Assembly (NCBI GenBank): GCA_048937405.1
Contig: JBHLNF010000003.1
Span: forward strand, 264,807-328,806
DNA length: 64,000 nucleotides
Reading direction: 5' to 3'
DNA from: Promethearchaeota archaeon
GTDB taxonomy: Archaea > Asgardarchaeota > Lokiarchaeia > Sigyniarchaeales > SOKP01
Shown: one piece after another, positions 1 to 8,600 of the stretch
Layout: each line of letters begins with the position of its first letter
Position numbering within the stretch: the first letter of the stretch is position 1
Notes under the pieces: model-generated
What the model saw: only the letters and a program-made list of their open reading frames with translations
Database searches by the model: none
Told to the model about the DNA's origin: nothing
Program-made: the position numbers and the translations under genes

Positions 1-451
1 TAAGCATATTAACTTTAATCTTTCTCTTTGAAGTTTCGACGAGTATATATTTTTGCTGAGCATCCTTTATATATTTGAAATTTTTGAATTTTTCTCCAAG
101 CAAATATAATATATTTTCGTTCAGTTTTACTTTATTATAGAATAAACGATCAAAAGCTATTCTATCGATAATATATGGTTTTTCATTTCCTGATAATTTA
201 ATATAAGTTCCTGTTGGACCAATAATTTTGGCAGTTTTTACTTGATTCAATATGATTTCATGAGGTAAATTAACTAATTTACTTAATTTTTGAGAAACTA
301 TCCCTGCGCATTGAAAAGGCATTCCAATCTCTTCATGTTCTTCAATAACTATAATTTTCAAATCTGTATTAGATAGTAAATAGCATAAATAGTTTCCGGC
401 TAAACTTGCTCCAATGATAGCTAAATCGAATTTCTCTATGTTTTGAATCAT
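1..451 (-). CDS. Geranylgeranyl reductase-family FAD-dependent oxidoreductase (N-terminal part; runs off window start)
   Basis: Not in the ORF track. Manual translation from ATG at 451 gives MIQNIEKFDLAIIGASLAGNYLCYLL...VIEEHEEIGMPFQCAGIVS...YIIDRIAFDRLF: a Rossmann start plus the IGxPxxCAG and IDRxxFD motifs of the GGR family. Confidence 0.8.
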   Translation of the reverse strand, partial: MIQNIEKFDLAIIGASLAGNYLCYLLSNTDLKIIVIEEHEEIGMPFQCAGIVSQKLSKLVNLPHEIILNQVKTAKIIGPTGTYIKLSGNEKPYIIDRIAFDRLFYNKVKLNENILYLLGEKFKNFKYIKDAQQKYILVETSKRKIKVNML

Positions 452-607
452 CAAAAGAAATAAGTAATGTAAAAATTAGAATTTTATCAATTAAGCATTA
501 TATACAATAAATATTTAGTAATATAATATTAGATTGTAATTTTATGAATGTTGAGTCCTTAAAGATAAATTTAGATTGTTAGAAAAATAGATTTGACTAG
601 TTAAAAC

Positions 608-1633
608 CTAGAATTTTAAGTATTTTTTTTCGTTTTTTGGGATTGAACGTAATCCTAAAGAGAGCATCATTCCATATACAACTGCTAAAGTAATATTCCT
701 AAAAAGAGGATGACTATCATAAGGTAAATCAATTCGAGGTATAAAAACTGGAAGAATCTTTTCAACAATGTATTTAGTTTCAGGTTTCTCATTGTGATAT
801 TTTATAATGAGCGATTTAAATTTCTTCATAAGATTTTTATGTTCTAAAAGGATTTCATGAACATTCTTTTGTCCATTAATAATACCGAAATGGCCAAAAC
901 CTGCCATTAAAGGATTAAGTTTAAGAATATTTTCTAATGTGTTCATATAATCTTCATGATTATAATAGACAGGCATAGATGCAGGCATAGTTAATAATTT
1001 AGAACTATGATAAAGTGTTCCTACTGCTTCTCCTAAAAATATAAAATCAATTAAATTATCTTTAATAAAGATTGGAGTTTGATGATCTGGAGTATGACCA
1101 GGAGTTTTTAATATTGCTAATTTTATTTCTGATCCATTGATAGTAAATTTATCAATAATATCTAATATATTCGGATTAGAACCAAAATTTAAACTTGGAT
1201 CAATAATTTTAAATGCCTCATCTTCTATAGGTTTCATTTCACCAACAAAATTTCCATATGTACTTCTTCCACGATTCAAATGGTACTCAAAATCATTTAA
1301 AAGTGCTTTAGTTTTTAAATTGGTGAGAATTTTTACATCTGGATTGTACTTTTTAATTTCCTCATATAATTTCCACATTCCACCATTATGATCGAAATGA
1401 TGGTGAGAAGGTATCAAATACTTAAATGATGATAAAGAAATATGACTTTTTTTGAAGAATCTTAGTCCTTTTTCAACATCTAAAGATGATCCACAATCAA
1501 GTAAAACAGAATAGTTATCAAATTCTCCTAAAAACACAGATAACATCCTGTTAGCCCCATAGGCTTTCATATCTATGTGATAGAGATATTCATTAACTTT
1601 TCCTGATCTAAGAATTCTGGTTTCTTTCTCCAT
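608..1633 (-). CDS. MBL-fold metallo-hydrolase
   Basis: LLDCG, SHHHFDHNGG (HxHxDH), TPGHTPDH and GFGH motifs. Confidence 0.9.
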   Translation of the reverse strand: MEKETRILRSGKVNEYLYHIDMKAYGANRMLSVFLGEFDNYSVLLDCGSSLDVEKGLRFFKKSHISLSSFKYLIPSHHHFDHNGGMWKLYEEIKKYNPDVKILTNLKTKALLNDFEYHLNRGRSTYGNFVGEMKPIEDEAFKIIDPSLNFGSNPNILDIIDKFTINGSEIKLAILKTPGHTPDHQTPIFIKDNLIDFIFLGEAVGTLYHSSKLLTMPASMPVYYNHEDYMNTLENILKLNPLMAGFGHFGIINGQKNVHEILLEHKNLMKKFKSLIIKYHNEKPETKYIVEKILPVFIPRIDLPYDSHPLFRNITLAVVYGMMLSLGLRSIPKNEKKYLKF

Positions 1634-1729
1634 CTTTAAAGGAATAAAAATAATAGTTAAAAGTAATTTTTTATTAGAAATCCATAGTAATAAATTCTTT
1701 ATCTAATTTATTAGAAAAAAAGGAATTTT

Positions 1730-3922
1730 TTAAAGATTTAATTTTTGTTTCCATATTTTCATAGATAATTTTAATTCTTCTCTTTCTGGTCGACTTAAGA
1801 TTTCAGGATTGCTTTTAAGTTCAGTGCTAGTAGAATGAATACTTTTCAATATACTACTATAACCTTCCAATTTAACAAATTCATTTTGAAATCTTTCTAA
1901 TGCTAATGAGATTTCTGTACCGGTCATATTATCCATATTGTTAACAATTTCATCAAATTTATTTGATAAAATTACCGCCTTAGGTGCTTCAGTTGTGTCT
2001 TTTTCTTCAGGAGGAGTAACACCTTCTTTAGGGGGAATAGTAATTGCTGGTGTCGATACAAAAGGTTCTTCTTTTAATGGTTCTTCCAAACCAGGTTTTT
2101 TTATAGTTCGAATGATTTCTTTTCGAGCTCCTACCCAAGCATCTTCAAGTATGGGGACAAAAATTTTGATATGCTCCTCAATTATACTCCCAATTCCAGC
2201 AATTTCTGTCACATCTTCTCCTCGAAATTCTGTTTTTGAAAGCACACAAAGGATAACTTCTTCATAGTCTTTATTAATCCCCCATAAATTTTGTAAAGCT
2301 CGATTTCTATAATCAACGTTATCCATCTTATCCATTTCTTGCATAATTTGATTATGTTCATAACTTGTCGTATCTATATATGTAGCAATTCTGAAGTTTA
2401 TTCGGGATGGTCTGGCTTTAATTGCTTCAATATCAATATCAGAAAGATTTGGTGCTACTATTAAAACTCGCATCTTGGCTTTTAATATTTCCTCAGTTAT
2501 GTGAGCTTTCGCACTTTCTGGAGAACGAATAAACCAGATATCTTTCATAGTGAAACCCCTCTTACCTTTAGCTTGATCCCAAAATTCTCTAGTGGTTATT
2601 TCGCTGACTTCTAACCTTCTCAAAATATCCGATAGTGTATTATCTAGTGTATCCACAATTCCTTTTGAGAAAATATCTCTAATATTACCAAATGATTGAA
2701 ATATACCTCCAGAAAGGCCATCAATTCTTTCTTCAGCTAACTTTACTGCTTTATTAAAATTATCAGAAATTTCTCCAAAAACTTTCTCTTTATCTTCCCC
2801 TGATTTAGCAGTTATACTTTCGACATTTTTAACCGCATCTGTTAATGAGTCTTTCATTTTTGCTATAATTTCTGTATTAATTCCTTCTGTTGCTTTTTTT
2901 AACTCATCAGCGAAAACTGTTTGACTTACACTCAATTGAACGTTAAGATTATCGGTAATATCTTTTAAACGATTTTCAATAACTTTATCAATTACATCAC
3001 CTACAGCTTGTTGAATTACTCCTAAACGTAATTTCTGTAAATTATCCGTTACTGTTTTTTTAATATCCCCAAATTGATTTTTTAGATCAGCAACTTGATT
3101 TCTGATTATTTGAGATGTTTTCGTATTAAGATTTTCAAATTGTTTTGTTAAAGAGCTAATTTGATCATCTGGGAGAGTTTTAGAAAGATCTCCTAACTGA
3201 GAAATATCTTCAGTTATATTTCTTATTTGATCGATTGCTGAAATAGTATCATCAAATTCTTTTTGTTGAGCGTGGATTTGAGAGAGCATTTTTTCCTTTA
3301 AATCTGACATTATCTCAGTAGAATCTTTAACTTTTTCCATATCTTGTGCTTCTGTTTCAAGTTGAGCAAAGGATTTTTCTAACTGCTTAGGTATAGTGGA
3401 TTTTATATCTGAGATATATGAATAAAAATTCTTTAATTGTGCTATTAGAGCCGCGTATGGAGGTAAAGCTTGATAGTGAGGAGTTGCACCAATAATTTCC
3501 TTGAATAACCCTTTTTCAAGAAATTTATCTGCAATTTTTTTACATTCTTCTTTAGGTTTGTTAATGAGAATCGCCATTTCTCCAATAGAAACTGCCTCTC
3601 GTCCAGTGGTTCGAAAATATAGCTCAATTTCTTCATCTGAAAGATCTATTTCACTTAAAACTTGTCTGGTTAACTCTTTTGAATATTCAACTTGCTCTTC
3701 CTTTTCTATAACATCTTTTATTTCAAAATTCTCAACTTCTAAATATTGATTTATAAAGACTGTTAATTTATGAGGTGGCTCACCATGAACATCCTCTTTT
3801 TTAATTGGAAACTTTTTTATATCTCTGTATTGATCAACCGAAATTGGAAATTTGATTTCTTTTAAACAGATTTTACATGTAACTGCAACATCAACTACAT
3901 CTTTATCTTTAAATAAGTACAT
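1730..3922 (-). CDS. Multidomain TrmB-like protein: N-terminal CxxC...HGxPxH putative Zn domain, winged HTH, long coiled coil, TrmB/PLD-like effector domain, C-terminal helical domain
   Basis: TCKIC...HGEPPH; LSEIDLSDEEIELYF...KFLEKGLF...YQALPP resembles a TrmB wHTH; ~280 aa heptad-rich region; IWFIRSPESAKAHITEEILKAKMRVLIVAP resembles the start of the TrmB C-domain. Confidence 0.6.
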   Translation of the reverse strand: MYLFKDKDVVDVAVTCKICLKEIKFPISVDQYRDIKKFPIKKEDVHGEPPHKLTVFINQYLEVENFEIKDVIEKEEQVEYSKELTRQVLSEIDLSDEEIELYFRTTGREAVSIGEMAILINKPKEECKKIADKFLEKGLFKEIIGATPHYQALPPYAALIAQLKNFYSYISDIKSTIPKQLEKSFAQLETEAQDMEKVKDSTEIMSDLKEKMLSQIHAQQKEFDDTISAIDQIRNITEDISQLGDLSKTLPDDQISSLTKQFENLNTKTSQIIRNQVADLKNQFGDIKKTVTDNLQKLRLGVIQQAVGDVIDKVIENRLKDITDNLNVQLSVSQTVFADELKKATEGINTEIIAKMKDSLTDAVKNVESITAKSGEDKEKVFGEISDNFNKAVKLAEERIDGLSGGIFQSFGNIRDIFSKGIVDTLDNTLSDILRRLEVSEITTREFWDQAKGKRGFTMKDIWFIRSPESAKAHITEEILKAKMRVLIVAPNLSDIDIEAIKARPSRINFRIATYIDTTSYEHNQIMQEMDKMDNVDYRNRALQNLWGINKDYEEVILCVLSKTEFRGEDVTEIAGIGSIIEEHIKIFVPILEDAWVGARKEIIRTIKKPGLEEPLKEEPFVSTPAITIPPKEGVTPPEEKDTTEAPKAVILSNKFDEIVNNMDNMTGTEISLALERFQNEFVKLEGYSSILKSIHSTSTELKSNPEILSRPEREELKLSMKIWKQKLNL

Positions 3923-3955
3923 TTTTTATAATCATCTCTTGCTAATTTATTTATT

Positions 3956-5209
3956 TTAAAATTCAACTTTTTCAGGATAGGTTATTTCTAGCAAACTTAA
4001 TGCTTTTTTTGCAATTTCATATGTAATATCGCCATCAGTTTCTTGACTTTTATATGCTGCTCTTATTTTAGGAAGTAAATATTCTGGAAATATTATTAAA
4101 GGTTTTATATCTGTTAATAGACAAATCCATTTTCTATCATTCTTATCTATAACTTCTGTGATAATATTTAAATTTTTTAAATCCTCTAATAATATCTCGG
4201 TTACAGCAAACTCTGAGAATATTTTTGGAATTTTATCCAATGGATAATGATTGTGCCTCATTAATACAAAAAAATCATAAACATCAGGATTTAAAAGAAT
4301 TGAGGCAATTTTTTTTGTTTCTTCTAATGTTTCTGTATATGGATCGTAATTTGAAAAGAAATCTACAACTTTTTGTCTGTAGAGTGGTAAGAGTTCATTA
4401 TTAGTTTCACTAAAATGGTTTAATAAATTTTCATTAGGGATACGACTAAGTATTAAGTCTTTTACAAGAAATAAATATTCTCCTTGGTGAGTAATTTGTC
4501 CTGTTTTCTTATTTTTCTCTCCTTTTATCCAATCTCTACGAATAATATTCAATTCCAAAAACGGTTGAAGTAAAATGTCAATATTCACATTAGTACTCAT
4601 TTTATCTAAAGTTTTTTTTATTTCCTTTTTTGATGTTGGTGATTCCCGTAATATCTCTAAGATTTTTAATCTCTCAGGACTATTATAGATCAATGCTGTT
4701 TTTTGAAGTTTATCTAAATTGGATAATCGATCTATTTGAAATATGGTGAATTTTAATTCGTTTTTCAATCTTATATTAATATTTTCAATTAAGGAGAGTT
4801 GTTTTGAGTTTCTCGCTCTTGTTAATTTATCAAAAATAGTATCTAATCGATCTCCCATTGTTTTAATCAAATCTTCAAAAATCGCTATTTCATCATCTAA
4901 TTCAAAGATAGAAATTGCGAGATATTGGGTTCCATCAGCAACCTGCTTAAAATAAGACATTACTTGATATGGTGTTTCTTTTAACCTTCCTTCATAATAA
5001 TTGCTATAACTATATTTTACACTGGAAAGTCCTGTAGTGTGCTGATAAAAAATCGCAAATATGTCATTTTCATCAAGCAATTCTGAAAAATTATTTTCAT
5101 CATACTCATCTTCCCGAAATACTAATTGATTCGGTTCGAATTCTGGTTCTATTTCTCCCGTCTCTTTCTGATTTATTTTGAACTGAAATGCTAATATTCC
5201 TTGGATCAC
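3956..5209 (-). CDS. Hypothetical protein with putative longin/uDENN-like N-domain and two winged-helix domains
   Basis: 417-aa ORF with GTG start. Two wHTH-like segments (ERLKILEILRESPTSKKEIKKTL...LLQPFLELNIIRR and NPDVYDFFVLMRH...LLEDLKNLNIITEV) follow an alpha/beta N-terminal pattern. Domain calls are inferred. Confidence 0.5.
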   Translation of the reverse strand: MIQGILAFQFKINQKETGEIEPEFEPNQLVFREDEYDENNFSELLDENDIFAIFYQHTTGLSSVKYSYSNYYEGRLKETPYQVMSYFKQVADGTQYLAISIFELDDEIAIFEDLIKTMGDRLDTIFDKLTRARNSKQLSLIENINIRLKNELKFTIFQIDRLSNLDKLQKTALIYNSPERLKILEILRESPTSKKEIKKTLDKMSTNVNIDILLQPFLELNIIRRDWIKGEKNKKTGQITHQGEYLFLVKDLILSRIPNENLLNHFSETNNELLPLYRQKVVDFFSNYDPYTETLEETKKIASILLNPDVYDFFVLMRHNHYPLDKIPKIFSEFAVTEILLEDLKNLNIITEVIDKNDRKWICLLTDIKPLIIFPEYLLPKIRAAYKSQETDGDITYEIAKKALSLLEITYPEKVEF

Positions 5210-5675
5210 TTATATCACTTTAAAATGTTGATAAATATATATTTTGAATTAAAATTTTTAAATTCTTTCTTAAGTATTTTTATTATTAATATTTAATTAA
5301 AGTTTATTCAAATTAAATCAGTTTATATATTAGTATTTGGAAATGATTTATTCATTTCCCTAAATGAAAATTATAAGTAAACATAGAAGGAATAATTTCT
5401 ATTTAATTATTAATTATATGTATTATTTCCTTACTAAATTTACAGATAGGACTGAGTTCTTAAAATAGGATTTATAAAGGTTCAAAATCAATTTAATGAC
5501 TATTTAGTCCTTGTTTGATTTACCCTTTAATTTATATAATATGATTTCTTAATGAATTTCATATCAGAATAGATTTCAGAATAATTCAAGATCAAGTGGC
5601 AAATTATTTATTAAATAATTTAGTATACTACCTAAATAATAATTTTTTAATTAATAAACCAATGAATACCCAATT

Positions 5676-8600
5676 ATGACATCTAAAATAATTAAAAGAA
5701 AGGATTTTTCAGTTTTTAGTATTATTTGTATGATCATGTTATCATCCTTATTCATTTTATTAATATATACTAATCAGAATATTGATTCATCTTTTAATGA
5801 TAAAAATAAAGAATCTGAATATAACAATTTTAGAAATCCTCAAATGTCAACAGCTAAAGAGAATCTTACTGCGATATGGTATAAGAATCCTGGTTTTGAT
5901 GATCCAATTGAACCAACATGGTATTCAAAATTTGAAGGTGACCAATCAGATATAAATGCAACTTCTGGTTCTGGTCAAGCAAATTATGAGATTCTAGGTG
6001 AGACGAGAACTTACTCTCGAATAAACGGCACACCAACGTCGACATATTGGAAGAATGTTACAAATCCCGAACGTCCCGCTTTACCTGATTTTAATGAAAT
6101 CGATAATTATGGTTGTCATGTATCTCATACTTGGATAGATCCTGACGATCCTTCTCAGATGGTAAGTGTACATTGGGATAGAAATATTACTTTACCAGTT
6201 GATATGTCAGATTATTTTATTACCTCAGTTTCATTAAGTGCAGAAGTAAATGCTACAGTTACCACTGTTGGCAGTGGTCCTCTTTATCGAGGTGGTGTAG
6301 ACGTTGCTGGTGATAGTATTGATACAGCTAGCCCTGATTTTGCAAAAGAATATGATTATGTAAGGTTTTATGTATTGATTTCAGATTTAGAAAAAAATGA
6401 TGTATTTGAAGCGGCTTATAATCAAACAACTAACCTAGGGCAAGACCCAGTTCCAGGTCCGAGTATCCCTAGTATATCAGATACAGTAATTTTTACAAGA
6501 CCAGAAGAAAGTTTAATATCATTTTTAAATACTGTTTTAGAGAATGATCCTAACCATGAATCATTTACATTGTCATTAGGAATGAGAATATTTTGTGCTG
6601 ATAATGGACAAGGTGATCGAGATACATGGGACTCGCTTCGATTTAAATCTTGCAATTTTTCATTTACTTATGAGAAAAAGATTGATGAATTTACGACTGG
6701 ATCATGGTGTCAAGATGGAGATAAAATAACTCAGGTCGTTAATGACACATATGTTACTATTAATGATGCGAAATTGAATTTTAAGTATAAAATAAATGAA
6801 GATTGGACCGATTTATCTCCAAACTCAGAAATTAGAATTTATATAAATAACAATAAACTTCCTGAGGTACTTAATCTTAGTAAAGCTACTACAAGCTTTC
6901 AATTAGCTAATAACCTAGGAGGTTTCGATGTATATGATATTATTAACTATGATATTTACCTAAATCTCTCTATTCAAGTTTATCTTGCAGAGAATTTTCA
7001 TTTAGGCACTAAGAAGATTATATCGATAGATGATGTTTATTTGAATATTTCCTATACAGTTGAATTTCCCGAATATCAAACAGATATTGAAGTATATTTT
7101 AATAATAACAATATAACAGCCAATCCTATATTCGAAATATCAGCTAAGACAGACCTAAATATCACAATTAAATATCCTGATGAATTTGGGATTCATATTC
7201 CTCAAGCAGTTGTAAATTTAATTGGAAATTTAACAGCTACCTTAATTGAGGATGATCTCCGAGGACAATATACAATTATTCTCAATACTGAAGATTTACC
7301 TATAGGACAAATATACTTTAATATGTTAGCACACAGAATAAACTATGAAGCTCAACAGCTTGGTGCCCTATTAATTATTTCTAAAATAGAGACAGAAAAG
7401 ATACAGTTATTTATAGATGGCGAAGAAAAGACAACTTTACCATCTGTGGACGTTCCTCTGCAAAAGTCATTAAATATAACAGTTAAATATAAAGATACCA
7501 TAGGAGATCATGTTCCTGGTGCAACAATTCAATTAGTTGGCGATGGAGTATTTGAAAATTTAGATGAATCTTTAGAATTTGAGCAATATTCAATAATACT
7601 TAATACAACATTGAAGTTTAGATTAGGTCTTAATGATTTATCAATCAATGCTCAAAAAGATAGATATGAGGAACAAAGTGCATATCCAAAAATTACGGTA
7701 CGAAAGATCAATACCCTAATTACACCCGTTTCTGGCTCCAATAATATAAATATTAAGCCAGGACAGAATGCGGATATTAGTGTAATTATTAATGATGCAG
7801 ACTTTAATGAAACCATTAAAGGAGCAATAGTTACTTATACTTGGGAATTTGGAAATGGTATTTTAACTGATGATAATAATGATGGTATATATGAGGAAAT
7901 TTTAGAAAATGTACCTTCTGGTACGCATTCAGTTAATATTACCGTTTATAAAAGCGATATTTATAATTTTGAAAGTTATGAATTCATAATCTATGCTTTG
8001 AGACCAAAACAGGATTTACTTCTTTTCCAAATATTATTGATAATAGGTATTATAGTTTCAATAGGAATAGGAGGTTATCTTTATGCATATCAAAAAGTAT
8101 TAAAATATCCTAAACAAGTCAGAAAAGTTCGTAAGTATCGAAAAACCCTAAATAAAAAACATGCACCTAATATTAGTATAAATGACCGTGAAAAAAGTTT
8201 TAATTCTGAGTATAAACAAGAAGTAAAAAATTCATCAAAATTTATAAGAGGTAAACCTTCAATTAAAAAACCTGAAGAAAGTGGAAAACAAAAAAAAAAA
8301 TCGGAAAAATCTGACATAAAGCTAGGATCTAAAAATGAGGTCGACTCAAATATAAAAATGAGTGATGTAAATCTCAATAACCAAAAATCATATCATAGAA
8401 AAACTTTAAAAAGGCTAAGAAAATTAAAGTTTGGAATTCTTAAATTAAAAAAATTCCAAAAATTCATGTCAATTTTAATAATAACAATTTTACTATTCAA
8501 TTTTCTTATTGTTAGTCATTATCTCTACCAAAATTCAAAAAATTCATTCTATTCCCAAAAAGATGATTTTAAAGATAATCTTGGTATATCAGGACAAAAG

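Noticed and set aside
5443-5517. Weak inverted repeat (aggact...agtcct) in the long divergent intergenic region
   Set aside because: It is short and imperfect, and cannot be distinguished from chance.
8290-8300. A11 tract in the linker of the 1820-aa protein as a phase-variation switch
   Set aside because: Long A/T runs are frequent throughout this AT-rich window and the tract simply encodes lysines; there is no evidence of slippage.
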